A stretch of 64,000 bases of DNA from an uncultured Candidatus Rokubacteria bacterium (GCA_963826115.1 CAWGVS010000012.1:576001-640000), one strand, 5' to 3'. Positions 43,462 through 53,985 are shown, numbered from the stretch's first letter. Notes: a model not told the origin generated them from the letters alone. Made by a program: numbers and translations.

Positions 43462-45168
43462 ATGGCGACGAACCCCTGGAGCTACACGAGTGGCACGAGC
43501 GACGTCCCCCTGCTCGGCCTCACCATCGGCGACATGTTCGACGAGACGGTGGCCCGGTACCCGGACAACGAGGCGCTCGTCTCCTGCCACCAGGAACTCC
43601 GATATACGTATCGCCAGCTCCAGGCCGAGGTCGACCGCTGCGCCCGCGCGCTCATCGCCCTCGGAGTGGACAAGGGCCAGCGGGTAGGAATCTGGGCGCC
43701 CAACTGCGCCGAGTGGGCCATCACCCAGTTCGCGACGTCGAAGCTCGGCGCCATCCTCGTGAACATCAATCCGAGCTACCGGCTCAACGAAGTCCAGTAC
43801 GCGCTGAAGCAATCCGGCTGCGCCTGGCTCGTCACCGCGCCGCACTTCAAGGCCTCGGACTACACGGCGATGCTCCACGAGCTCGCGCCGGAGCTGGCAA
43901 GCAGCCAGCCCGGCTCTCTCGAGGCGGCTCGCTTCCCACACTTGCGCGGCGTGGTGCGGCTCGGCGCCGAGCCGGCGCCGGGGATGCTGGGCTGGAGCTC
44001 GCTGCTGGCGATGGCCGAGCGGGTCGGCGCCGACGAGCTGGCCCGCCGTCAGCGCCAGCAGGAGTTCGACGACCCCATCAACATCCAGTTCACGAGCGGA
44101 ACCACCGGCTATCCCAAGGGCGCCACGCTGAGCCACCACAACATCCTCAACAACGGCTTCTTCACCACCGAGCTGCTCCGCTTCACCGACCGCGACCGGC
44201 TCCTGATTCCCGTACCGCTCTACCACTGCTTCGGCATGGTCATGGGCAACCTGGGCTGCATGTCCCACGGCGCGACCATGATCTATCCAAACGACGGCTT
44301 CGACCCGCTGGCCGTCCTAGAGGCCGCCCAGGCCGAGCGCGCCAGCGCGCTCTACGGCGTGCCGACCATGTTCATCGCCGAGCTGAACCATCCCGACTTC
44401 GCGAAATACGACCTCTCCTCGCTGCGCACTGGCATCATGGCCGGCTCCCCCTGTCCGGTGGAAGTCATGAAGCAAGTGCAGGCGCGGATGCACATGCGCG
44501 ACGTGGCCTGCGCCTACGGCATGACGGAGACCAGCCCGGTGAGCACGCAGACGCGCATCGGGGCGCCGCTGGCCAAGCAGGTCGGCACGGTCGGCCAAGT
44601 GCACCCCCACGTGCAGATCAAGATCGTGGACCCGCAGACCGGCCAGGTGGTGCGGGTCGGCGAGCGCGGCGAGCTGTGCACGCGCGGCTACAGCGTGATG
44701 CTGGGCTACTGGGACAACGACGAGGCCACCCGGGCCGCGGTCGACGGCGCCCGCTGGATGCACACCGGCGACCTGGCCACGATGGACGAAGAGGGCTACC
44801 TCAACATCGTGGGACGGATCAAGGACATGATCATCCGCGGCGGCGAGAACGTGTACCCGCGCGAGATCGAGGAGTTCCTCTATGGCCACCCCAAGGTCCA
44901 GGACGTCCAGGTCATCGGCGTGCCCGACGAGAAGTACGGCGAGGAGATCATGGCCTGGGTGAAACTGCGCGAGGACCAGACCGCCACCGTCGAGGAGATC
45001 CGCGACTACTGCCGCGGCAAGATCGCCCACTACAAGGTCCCGCGCTACGTCCGCTTCGTGGACGCCTTTCCCATGACGGTCACCGGCAAGATCCAGAAGT
45101 TCGTGATGCGCGAGGAGAGCGTGACGCTGCTGGGTCTGGAGAAGGCCGCCGCCATCAGGATGGCCTAG
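43462..45168 (+). CDS. AMP-dependent fatty-acyl-CoA synthetase
   Basis: [59 protein letters not shown]. Confidence 0.95.
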   Translation: MATNPWSYTSGTSDVPLLGLTIGDMFDETVARYPDNEALVSCHQELRYTYRQLQAEVDRCARALIALGVDKGQRVGIWAPNCAEWAITQFATSKLGAILVNINPSYRLNEVQYALKQSGCAWLVTAPHFKASDYTAMLHELAPELASSQPGSLEAARFPHLRGVVRLGAEPAPGMLGWSSLLAMAERVGADELARRQRQQEFDDPINIQFTSGTTGYPKGATLSHHNILNNGFFTTELLRFTDRDRLLIPVPLYHCFGMVMGNLGCMSHGATMIYPNDGFDPLAVLEAAQAERASALYGVPTMFIAELNHPDFAKYDLSSLRTGIMAGSPCPVEVMKQVQARMHMRDVACAYGMTETSPVSTQTRIGAPLAKQVGTVGQVHPHVQIKIVDPQTGQVVRVGERGELCTRGYSVMLGYWDNDEATRAAVDGARWMHTGDLATMDEEGYLNIVGRIKDMIIRGGENVYPREIEEFLYGHPKVQDVQVIGVPDEKYGEEIMAWVKLREDQTATVEEIRDYCRGKIAHYKVPRYVRFVDAFPMTVTGKIQKFVMREESVTLLGLEKAAAIRMA

Positions 45169-45274
45169 AGGTTTCTCCCTCCCACCGCCCGAGCGTGCGC
45201 ATCAGCGCCACCGCGTTCGAGGTGCGCCCCCGCTGACGCGTAGGTGGCAAGACGCATCGCTTCCGGCCGCTCTT

Positions 45275-45484
45275 CTATCGTGGGGGGGACGGCCGGGCTA
45301 TCTCGTCGATGGCGCCGGCGTCCCGGTGACGTGCCTCGGGCAAGTGGATGTCCCAGCAGCGCACGCTGCAGAACCTGAGTTTCAGCCGTCCGGAGTTACA
45401 GGTCGACACTGAGCATCGATAGAACTTCGTCCCCATCAGGATCGGCGTCTTGCACACGGAGCACACTCCGAACTGTGTCGGCAT
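45275..45484 (-). CDS. Small Cys/His-rich zinc-finger protein (69 aa)
   Basis: GGAGG-rich RBS; CSVC...YRCSVSTCN...FCSVRCWDIH...RHRD. Confidence 0.75.
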   Translation of the reverse strand: MPTQFGVCSVCKTPILMGTKFYRCSVSTCNSGRLKLRFCSVRCWDIHLPEARHRDAGAIDEIARPSPPR

Positions 45485-45551
45485 CCTCGCCCCTCCCTCT
45501 CACTTGAGGAGCATCTCACGATTCCGCTTCGCCGGGTCCCCGAGGCCCAAG

Positions 45552-45756
45552 AAGACGAATCGGGGGGCGGCGCCGCCCCCGTCGAGTGGTGAGCCGTGAA
45601 GGAATCGAACCTTCAACCTGCTGATTGAGAGCTGGTTGCGGGCCCGAACTCCTCCGCACACAGGAGAGCCAAGACCACGAATCTTCTGCGCGGCCGCGTG
45701 ATGGATGTTCGCCCGGGTGCGGTGGAGTTCGGTGGAGTTTGGCACTGGCATGTCAC
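45552..45756 (-). repeat. att-like site 7: terminator, tRNA-Lys 3' fragment, type-A arm
   Basis: Core 45587-45631 (2 mismatches); TGGCAC at 45740, 109 bp from core. Confidence 0.95.
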
Positions 45757-46133
45757 GGCGATTCTGCTGCCACGCACCGAGCCCCAGCGCCCACGTGCCC
45801 GCCTGACCTGACCCCAAGTTCGGCGCCCAGTTGAGAGCTCGATCAGGCCAACGCGCCGATTCGGGGCGAGTCATCATGGGGCGCCAGCTTCGCCGCCACC
45901 TTGTCGCCGTCGTATTGCGAATGACATGACGCTCCGGCCGCGGCCAGCTCCTCCAGGACCTCATGCCGGCGGCGGCCGGTTCGGATCCGCGTCGCGGTCA
46001 CTTCACGGCGACGGCCAGAAGCGGTCGAGGCTGCATCCGCTCCGGCCAAGCGCGGAGGTGGTCGCTGGGCCCGGTGGAAGCGCACGCAGACGCAGAGCGC
46101 GGCGAGGGCAGCCGATCAGCCGCGCGTGACGGA

Positions 46134-47594
46134 CTAGCGTCGGAAGACAAGGATCCCGTCTTGCTCGCTGAGGAGGGTGTAGCCCTTGTCGGGGAGGCGG
46201 GCGATCTCGTCCTCGAAGGAAGGCCCGGCCGGCCAGCGGTCGAGCCTGCGGTCGAGGATCACGTACTCCGCCCGGATCATCGGACCGGGCCCGAGGTCCG
46301 GGAAGAGATAGATGAACTCGCGATGCGTGAGATGAGGCAGGATGACGTGTTGCGTGGCGACCGCCGCCTCGCGTGGAAGGGCCTCGACGGTGGCGGCAAG
46401 CCTGCCGAGGTGAGGGGTCATCCGGTACTGGCGGAGGTGCCACGACTCGGGCTTCGCATGGAAGAAGAGCGACGCCGCCAGCAGCACGGCCGCCAGCCCA
46501 CGGTGTCCGGCGAAGCGATCACGGGCCACGCTGGACGGCGCGACCAAACGAGCCGCTCCTCCCAGGGCCGCATAGAAGACGACCGGCACCAGCTCCAGCA
46601 CGTAGTGGGACCCGATGGAGCTCTGCTGGGGCGTCGTCGACAGGAGGTTCTGGGCCAGGAAAGGGAGCGCCAGGAGCAAGCGCGCGGGCGCCAGGATCGG
46701 CAGGAAGGCGACAGGCCCGAAGAGGTGCACGAGGTAGACCAGCTTCCTGGCGACTAGCCACGATCCGCTGCCCAGCTGGTACCGGTCGTAGTACATGTAG
46801 CCCTGGGTGTTGAAGGCCGGGATTACCCAGAGGAAGCCCGCCGCCAGCCACACGGCGAAGCCCGCGCTCAGCGCGATACCGAGGGACCGCTGCCGGCCGG
46901 TCACGACGAGGTAGAGCCCCACGGCGATCCCTGCGGCCGGCATGTTCTCCTTGCAGAGCCCGGCCAGCACGAGGAAGGTCACCATCGGTCCCCATCGTCT
47001 GCGCTCCATGAAATGGAAGGCGAGCAGCAGGAGCACCGGCACGAACGCCGTGGGGTGGTAGTCGGTCCGGTTCGCGTTGCGAAGCGGCCGATAGAGTAGG
47101 TACAGGAGCGGGAAGAGGGGACCCAACACACTGCCGGGAAAGCTCGCGCGTGCCAGCCAGTAGAGCGGTACGGCGCCGAGCGCCAGGACGAGCCCCTGGG
47201 CCACCAGCGGGATCAGCGGCGAGGGAACGACCTGATAGAAGGGAACAAGGACGAGCTGGAGCGGGTCGAAGTGGTCGCCAAGGAGAATGGTATCGCCCTT
47301 GAGCGACGAGAAGAGCAGGCGCCCGTGGGTGGTGTTCCAGAGGGCCTGGTCGAAGATGCCGAGATCGAAGCCCGTCTGAAAGGTCCGGTGGCGGCGGACG
47401 GCGACGGTGATCAGCACGCTCGCCGCCAGCGCGATCAGCCCGTAGAGGGCGACGGGCGTGACCGCCAGCCAGTCGCCGAGAGTCCCGAGGAGTCGCGTGC
47501 CGGCGAGCGGGCCGGGATTCCGGTCACGCGCGAGCCGACGCCTCAGCCCGAGAAGGCAAAGGAAGCCCGTGACCCACCCGCCCAGGGTCGCCAC
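46134..47594 (-). CDS. DUF2079 membrane protein (GT-C-like); N-terminus may be frameshifted upstream
   Basis: FDLGIFDQALWN, LGDHFDP, LALGAVPLY, LCKE, HYVLELVP. Confidence 0.85.
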   Translation of the reverse strand: MATLGGWVTGFLCLLGLRRRLARDRNPGPLAGTRLLGTLGDWLAVTPVALYGLIALAASVLITVAVRRHRTFQTGFDLGIFDQALWNTTHGRLLFSSLKGDTILLGDHFDPLQLVLVPFYQVVPSPLIPLVAQGLVLALGAVPLYWLARASFPGSVLGPLFPLLYLLYRPLRNANRTDYHPTAFVPVLLLLAFHFMERRRWGPMVTFLVLAGLCKENMPAAGIAVGLYLVVTGRQRSLGIALSAGFAVWLAAGFLWVIPAFNTQGYMYYDRYQLGSGSWLVARKLVYLVHLFGPVAFLPILAPARLLLALPFLAQNLLSTTPQQSSIGSHYVLELVPVVFYAALGGAARLVAPSSVARDRFAGHRGLAAVLLAASLFFHAKPESWHLRQYRMTPHLGRLAATVEALPREAAVATQHVILPHLTHREFIYLFPDLGPGPMIRAEYVILDRRLDRWPAGPSFEDEIARLPDKGYTLLSEQDGILVFRR

Positions 47595-47947
47595 GTCGAC
47601 CGTGATGCGCGGGCCCCGGTAGACGAAGCCGCCGCTCAGGAAGAGGAGCGCCAGGCCAGCGAGGTACCCGTTCAGGAGCCAGTCGAAGGTGCGAGAAGCG
47701 AGCGTGCGCGCAGGGAGCGGCGCCTCACGACGCGTAGGCAGTCGCCTCCTTCAGAGGATCCTCGGTGGCTTGCCTGGGCCCATCTCCGGCTTCCCGAGGA
47801 CGCCACCCGATGATGCGCCCCAATCGGGCGAGCGTCCCACGGGAATCCTCGGGGTCGGGGTGCCCCCTGTCAAGTTACTCGCCCTCCCGCCAGGCTGGAA
47901 CCGCGGACCCGCCGCACCGGACGATTGGGCCGCAACTGCTCGCCCGG

Positions 47948-48156
47948 AAAAACGAATCGGGGGGCGTCGCCGCCCCCCGATCGAGTGGTGAGCCGTGAAG
48001 AAATCGAACCTTCAACCTACTGATTAAGAGTCCCAGCCGGCCGCGACGCACCACACGCGATCCACAGCCATCAGCACGTCGGATCAGGAAAGGATCATGA
48101 GGTGACCTGCTCATACCCCGCTATGTCTCGCGGTGAGTTGGAACCGCTCTGGAACC
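47948..48156 (-). repeat. att-like site 8: terminator, tRNA-Lys 3' fragment, type-B arm
   Basis: Core 47986-48030 (1 mismatch); TGGAACC at 48139 and 48150; arm related to that at 17896-18021. Confidence 0.95.
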
Positions 48157-48362
48157 ATGCCCGCCTGTTCCTGGACGAGCGGCGTCGACCACCGGGACCG
48201 CAGGGATCTAGTTCGGTGGGGCGGGACGGACATCAGGGCGAAGGGGGGCTCGACCCGTCGTAGCCGCTCATCGTCCGGCCGAATGGCGACGGGACGAGTC
48301 CCTCCGATGAAGAGCTGTTGTGAGACATTAGCCTCACGTCTGCTGGGCTATGGTGATGCGAT

Positions 48363-49145
48363 GTGAGGAATAGCGACCGTGAACGAGACATAGCACGGCT
48401 TCGTGAGGCGATTGAGCGCCTGCATTCGCCACGGCTGCAGATGGCGCTGATCGTGGCACTGGCAGGAGCGGCCGGCTTCTTCGCCTCGTTTGCGTTGCTC
48501 CATCTCGGGGTCAAGTTCCTGTGGCTCCGATATCCGCTTGCCGTCGCAACCGCATACCTGACGTTCCTGCTGCTCCTCTGGTGCTGGCTGCGCCTGAAGA
48601 GGGACGATCTGCTCGAGAGTCTCGACGTTCCCGGCTCTGGCCCGGGCTCACACTTTCCGGGCGGAGACGCCACCCCAGAGAATGTCTGGCGGGCTGGAGG
48701 TGGTCGTTCGGGAGGCGGCGGGGCATCTGCCTCGTTTGGCGAGGGTCTGGGAACGGTGGACTCTTCCCCAGGCGCGAGTTCGCCACTGTCTGGAGAGAGT
48801 TCCACCACCCCGGAGGGTCCCGACTTGCCCGATGCCGAGAATCTGGCCGGGATCGCGGCTCTCGTGGCGTTGGCGGCGGCTGCGTGGGTTGCTGTCTGGA
48901 TGACGCTGGCCGCGCCGGCGTTTCTCGCGGAGCTCTTGCTGGATACAGCGCTCGCCGCCGGCTTGTATCGCCGGCTCCGTGCTGTCGAGGAAGGTCGCTG
49001 GCTTCGAACAGCCATGCGCCAGACCGTGTGGCCGTTCGTCTGTGTGGCGTTGGCATTCGCACTCGCTGGAGCCCTGATGCAAACCTACATGCCGAGCGCC
49101 CACTCGATCGGTGAGGTCATCCGCCGCGTCATCGAGAACCGGTAA
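48363..49145 (+). CDS. Hypothetical membrane protein, the only gene in a 1.28-kb module
   Basis: TM segments, GGGRSGGGGASASF linker, APAFLAELLLD. Confidence 0.75.
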   Translation: MRNSDRERDIARLREAIERLHSPRLQMALIVALAGAAGFFASFALLHLGVKFLWLRYPLAVATAYLTFLLLLWCWLRLKRDDLLESLDVPGSGPGSHFPGGDATPENVWRAGGGRSGGGGASASFGEGLGTVDSSPGASSPLSGESSTTPEGPDLPDAENLAGIAALVALAAAAWVAVWMTLAAPAFLAELLLDTALAAGLYRRLRAVEEGRWLRTAMRQTVWPFVCVALAFALAGALMQTYMPSAHSIGEVIRRVIENR

Positions 49146-49225
49146 GGGGACGCCACCACGCCGGATACTTGCGGCCGAGCTCGGCCAGTACTGGCAAGCG
49201 CTGGGATGGGTGGCAAGGATCTCGG

Positions 49226-49434
49226 AAAAACGAATCGGGGGGCGTTGCCGCCCCCCGGTCGAGTGGTGAGCCGTGAAGGAATCGAACCTTCAACCTACTG
49301 ATTAAGAGGTGGTCGCGGACCCGAACTCCTCCGCACTCAGACGATCTAAGCGTACGTATTTCCTGCGAAGCCGCCTAACCGATGTTCGCCTGCGTGTGCT
49401 GGAGTTCGGTGGAGTTTGGCACTGGCATGTCACC
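49226..49434 (-). repeat. att-like site 9: terminator, perfect tRNA-Lys 3' fragment, type-A arm
   Basis: Core 49264-49308; TGGCAC at 49417, 109 bp from core. Confidence 0.95.
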
Positions 49435-49789
49435 GAAGATTCCACCACCGGGCGGCCTGGGGCCATGCCGGCCTGCTCCAAGACATCGGCCCCTCCGACT
49501 GGGAGTTCAGTCTGGCCACGCGCCGATTCAGGGTGAGCTTCCACGGGACCAGCGCCGCATCCGCCCCGTCCAGCCAGAAGATCACGCCAATCCCCCGGCG
49601 GGACTTGCCAGCGCCGAGGCGGCGTCGCTCGAGGGCCGGGTGGCGGGCGGGCCAGCCCGTGCGTCGTCTCCGCTCGGCCCGGCTCAAGGGATTCCGGGCC
49701 TTCCCGCGCCGACCTCCGGCCGTCCTTGCCGCTCCCGCCGGTGCCGCGCTATGGTTCCCGCGGCGGCCGAGGGGCGGGCCGGGGTGACA

Positions 49790-49861
49790 TTCCTCGCGGC
49801 GATCATGTTCGTGGACACGGTCCGGTCCACCGAGCGCGTCACCGCGATTGGGGATGCAAGG
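49790..49861 (+). pseudogene. Remnant of class III adenylate/guanylate cyclase
   Basis: FLAAIMFVDTVRSTERVTAIGDAR resembles the LAT(I/V)LFTDIVGSTE..A.LGD motif. Confidence 0.55.
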
Positions 49862-49960
49862 TCAAACCCGCATACTGGAACTCAGGGACGATCCGGTCCA
49901 ACAGCAACGGTGGTGTAGCGGGCTTGACGTCGTCGGCCTCGGTGGTTAGAGATAACCGTC

Positions 49961-50611
49961 ATGATCACGGGCCCCATCATCGCGGAGACTGCGGCGCTGG
50001 TCGGAGACCCGGCGAGGGCGACGATGATGTCGGCGCTGCTCGATGGCCGGGCCCTCACCGCGAGCGAGCTCGCCCTGGCGGCGCGGATCACACCGCCAAC
50101 CGCCAGCGCCCATCTCGCGAAGCTGACAGCGGCGGGCTTGCTCTCGGTCGCCCGGAGTGGGCGGCATCGCTATTTCCGGCTGGCCTCGCCGAAGGTCGTG
50201 GAGATGATCGAGGGGATCGTCGCCGTCGCCCTCGAGAAACGGCCGCGATACCCCCCGCTATCCGATGAGGCCCGCGCGCTGAATGCAGCCCGCATCTGCT
50301 ACGACCACCTGGCGGGCCGTCTCAGCGTCGATCTCACCGATGTCTTCGTCGCCCGCAAGTACGTCGCGCTCGAAGACGAAGGACCTTTGGCCTTCCGGAA
50401 TATCACCGCTGTCGTGGACAAGTCGGCACGCTGGTCGAGGTGCTCGCGGGTGGCACGGCCTTTGGAGGCCGAATTCAATGATCGTGACGAACGTACATGG
50501 AATCGGTTGGGGTACGCCCCGATCAAATCATGGTGTTGCACTACGAGCCTGTTGCGAGGTAGTCGCAGTGAGTATCCGGGCGGTCATGTCAGACGCCGGC
50601 TGGACGGTTAG
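49961..50611 (+). pseudogene. ArsR-family transcriptional regulator, 3'-truncated
   Basis: ALVGDPARATMMSALLDGRALTASELA, GRHRYFRLA, ARICYDHLAGRL; resemblance ends near 50385 and the tail looks random. Confidence 0.75.
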
Positions 50612-51609
50612 CACGGCGCTTCGAACGTGGCGCACTGCGCGCACACGGAGTCGATGAGGTCGCGCATCGACTGGGAGCGTTCGATCTCGGGGCGATCGAG
50701 GTACCAGCCGATCAGCGCCATACCACGGATGAGCAGGAACATGGGGAGCAGTGCCCAAGCCTCGCCGGGCATCCCACGGGTGGAGCGATACCCAGCCAGG
50801 AAGGCGCGCTCGGCGGCAGCAAAGTGCGGCGTAGACCGATAGCGATAGAGCGCGACCGCCGCCTCGTATTGGTGCCAGCCGAATCCGGCGTCGTCGAAGT
50901 CGATCACGATCAGGCGCTCACCTTCGACCAGGACATTCCAGGGATGCAGGTCCGCGTGGATCAGGCTGTAGGTAGCGGGATACTGCCCGTAGCGCTCTAA
51001 CGCGCCGCGGATGCGCCCGCGCGTATCGAGCAGCAGCCGGCGCTCGGCGCTGGACAGGGTGGGGTGCGTCCAGAATGGACCCCAGAACGGCGCGTCGCCC
51101 ATCAAGCCATCGGCGTCGAAAGAGTGCCGGGCAAACGTCGCCGGCGGTTGCCAGCCGCTCGACTGATTGTGGATCGACGCCGCGATGACGCCAAGCTGGC
51201 TGAAGTAGCCTTCGAGCGTGAAGCCATCGTTGGTGTGCTCCAAGATGCCGGCAAGCAGCTCGCCCTCGATCCATCGCGCCATCCCGGCATGGCGGTGTTC
51301 CCCGGTGCCAGGGACGAACACTGACAGGTAGTCACGCCCATCGCGGGTGGCCACGGGCTCCGGCACGATGATGCCCGCCCCTGCCAGCGCGCGGGTCCAC
51401 GTGCGTTCCGAGTTCAGCTCGTCAAGCGTGTGATAGCGCGGGCGGTGCAATCGCAGCACGTACGAGGCGCCGTCATGCAGGTCCGTGACGCGAAAGGTGA
51501 CGTTTTCGGACAACGAGATGAGCGCGATCTCCCCCGGTTCGATTGGGAACTGCTTGAGGACGTCCAGCGCGACCGGCGAGTATGCCGCCCCGGCCGCCGC
51601 CCTATCCAT
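50608..51609 (-). CDS. Phosphotransferase (APH/homoserine kinase type II-like)
   Basis: SENVTFRV, YVLRLHRP, LIHADLHPWNVL, IDFDDAGFGW. Confidence 0.9.
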   Translation of the reverse strand: MDRAAAGAAYSPVALDVLKQFPIEPGEIALISLSENVTFRVTDLHDGASYVLRLHRPRYHTLDELNSERTWTRALAGAGIIVPEPVATRDGRDYLSVFVPGTGEHRHAGMARWIEGELLAGILEHTNDGFTLEGYFSQLGVIAASIHNQSSGWQPPATFARHSFDADGLMGDAPFWGPFWTHPTLSSAERRLLLDTRGRIRGALERYGQYPATYSLIHADLHPWNVLVEGERLIVIDFDDAGFGWHQYEAAVALYRYRSTPHFAAAERAFLAGYRSTRGMPGEAWALLPMFLLIRGMALIGWYLDRPEIERSQSMRDLIDSVCAQCATFEAPC

Positions 51610-52885
51610 GGATCTCGGCGAGCGTGGCGTCGAAGGCATCGAGAAACGCCTCCGCATGCTCCTGAGCGAACACCAGCGGCGGACGAATCTTCACCACGTT
51701 GGCGAAGGCGCCAGCGTTGCCGGTGAGGAACCCCTTGTCCTTGAGGCGATTGACGACCTCGATCGCCATATCCTGATCGGGTGTCTTGCTGTCCTGGTCC
51801 GCTACCATCTCGATGCCGATGAAGAGCCCGTGACCACGAACGTCGCCGATCGCCGCACAGCGTGCCTTACGCTCGACGAGCGCCTGTTTCAGCGCGGCGC
51901 CGACCGTGGCGGCGTTCTCGCGCAGCTTCTGCCGTTCGATCTCGTCCAGCACCGCCATCCCAACCGCCGCCTGCAGCGGGCTCGATGCGAAGGTGTTGAA
52001 GTAGCGTGTCGCGGCACGATATCTGTCGATCAGCGACCTGCTGGCAGCGGTGGCCGCTAGAGGCAGGCCGTTGCCCATGGGTTTGCCGGTGACGACGATA
52101 TCCGGCGTGAACCCGGTGACCTCGTACCCCCACCAGCATCCGGTGCGGCAGTAGCCGGCCTGCACCTCGTCGGCAATCACCAGTCCGCCAGCCGCGCGCA
52201 CTATCTCCGCCGCCCGCGCCATGAAGCCGTGCGGTACGTCGGGCAGGCCCTCGTTGGCAAAGATCGAGCAGACGATCAGGCCGGCAAAGCCCACGCCCTC
52301 CGCTTCGAAGCTGCGAATGGTCCCTTGCAGCCGGTCGAGATGCGCATCGGCGAGTTCGGACTCGCTCGCGCCCGGCACGAGCGGGCGAAACAGCTCGGGG
52401 AAGGAGATGGCGCGCACGTCGCTGCCCGCGGGCTGATCGAGTGGCGCCCGGTTCAACCTGGCGACCGCCTCGCTGTTGCCGTGATACGTGGCGTTGGTGC
52501 AGACAATGCCGCGCTTGCCGGTGGCAAGCCGCGCCATGCGCAGGGCGACCTCGACGGCCTCGGTTCCAGAACAGCTGAACACCACGCTCTCGATCGGGGC
52601 GGTGTGGAGGCTCGTGAGGCGTTCGGCAAACTCGACGATGCCCTCGTGCAGATAGCGGCTGTGGACGTTGAGCGTGCCCTGCTGGCGGACCATGGCCTCG
52701 ACGACGTGCGGATTGGCGTGACCCACGCAGGGCACGTTGTTGTACATGTCCACGTAGCGCCTGCCGTCGACATCAAACAAGTAGATGCCATCGCCGCGGA
52801 CGATGTGCAGTGGCTTCGTGTAGAAGAGCCGCGCGCCGGCGCCTAGCGCCTGCTCACGGCGTGTGACGAGCTCGCTGTAGGACAT
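51602..52885 (-). CDS. Class-III PLP-dependent aminotransferase/phospho-lyase
   Basis: YVDMYNNVPCVGH, IADEVQAGYCRTG, PDIVVTGKPMGNG, YFNTF, DVRGHGLFIG. Confidence 0.92.
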   Translation of the reverse strand: MSYSELVTRREQALGAGARLFYTKPLHIVRGDGIYLFDVDGRRYVDMYNNVPCVGHANPHVVEAMVRQQGTLNVHSRYLHEGIVEFAERLTSLHTAPIESVVFSCSGTEAVEVALRMARLATGKRGIVCTNATYHGNSEAVARLNRAPLDQPAGSDVRAISFPELFRPLVPGASESELADAHLDRLQGTIRSFEAEGVGFAGLIVCSIFANEGLPDVPHGFMARAAEIVRAAGGLVIADEVQAGYCRTGCWWGYEVTGFTPDIVVTGKPMGNGLPLAATAASRSLIDRYRAATRYFNTFASSPLQAAVGMAVLDEIERQKLRENAATVGAALKQALVERKARCAAIGDVRGHGLFIGIEMVADQDSKTPDQDMAIEVVNRLKDKGFLTGNAGAFANVVKIRPPLVFAQEHAEAFLDAFDATLAEIHG

Positions 52886-53412
52886 CGGTCACCTCCCATT
52901 CCCTCCGGCGGTCTGACAGTTCATGTAGCGTGCTCTACTGCACAATAATGGACTTCTGCGAGAGAGGCGCTCCCGCGAAAAGACACCGGCACAACTCCGC
53001 CGGCAGTAAGCCTGCCGGCGGAGCGGGGGGTTGAGGCAAGCTGCCTGGGAGCCATAGTGATGGATGTGCGGAGTGTCCTCCGACCGCGAGCCGCTACTCC
53101 ACCTTCTCAGTGCCCTGCATCGCCGGACGGCTAGGGTCCACGATGTAGCGGATGCGTGGAAGCGTCAGGTCGCACACCGTGGCGGTGGCCGCGACGGGAT
53201 ACACCGGCTCCAATCCCCTGCCATCCACGCCTCCGCCGCGAAGGCGTCCAATTGCGGGCGGACCCGGTCGGCGCGGCAGAAGGTGTATTCCGGGTCCACC
53301 TGCACCAACCGCGGCCGCTCCTGCCTATCGGCGTGCACCCGAGCGAGATGCATGTTCGCGGTGTATTGCACGTCCCCACCGGAGATTGCCTGCGGGTCGA
53401 GCGCATAGGAAC

Positions 53413-53703
53413 AAGCGGGTGTTGAAGAGTGCCGGACTCCCGCTCCACTTTTCCCCCCATGGGCTTCGGCACACCTTCGCCTCGTTGCTGCTCCAGCAGG
53501 GCGAAAGCCCGGCCTATGTCCAGCGGCAGCTGGGCCACGCCTCGATTCAGCTCACGGTGGACACCTACGGGCGCTGGCTCCCGATGGGCAACCAGGCGGC
53601 CGTGGACCGACTGGACGAGCCAACTGGTAGCAAAATGGTAGCAAAAACAGAATCGGGGGATCCCGGTGTCCCGGAACCCCCCGATTTGAATGGTGAGCCG
53701 TGA
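53413..53703 (+). pseudogene. Tyrosine integrase C-terminal remnant
   Basis: HGLRHTFASLLL (HxLRH box), RQLGHASIQLTVDTYGRW (LGH plus catalytic Tyr); upstream frame is not integrase-like; the stop codon falls inside the tRNA-derived core. Confidence 0.92.
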
Positions 53704-53861
53704 AGGAATCGAACCTTCAACCTACTGATTAAGAGGTGGTTCCGGGGCCGAACTCCTCCGCACTGAGGAGAGCTAGAACCACGAATCTTCTGCGCGGCCG
53801 CGTGATGGATGTGCGCCTGCGTGTGGTGGAGTTCGGTGGAGTTTGGCACTGGCATGTCACC
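53625..53861 (-). repeat. att-like site 10: arm repeats, hairpin, perfect tRNA-Lys 3' fragment, type-A arm (arms on both sides)
   Basis: TGGTAGCAAAA x2 at 53625-53646; hairpin AATCGGGGG...CCCCCGATT; core 53691-53735; TGGCAC at 53844. Confidence 0.95.
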
Positions 53862-53959
53862 GCGGATTCGAGCCTCCCAAGAGGAAACGACCGGCGGCTC
53901 CGCCGGCTGGTCGCGAAGGTCCTCCATACGATCGAGGCGCGCCCTCTCCCAAGAATTTG

Positions 53960-53985
53960 TCTCTCTCTCTCTCTCTCCCTCTCTC
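53960..53985. repeat. (CT)n low-complexity tract
   Basis: TCTCTCTCTCTCTCTCTCCCTCTCTC, intergenic. Confidence 0.8.

Noticed and set aside
53165-53408. Minus-strand coding-like fragment abutting the integrase remnant
   Set aside because: Probably a gene relic, but no recognisable family or clear boundaries.
53960-53985. (CT)n tract as a phase-variation switch
   Set aside because: Intergenic, downstream of the DinB gene, with no evident promoter or ORF under its control.
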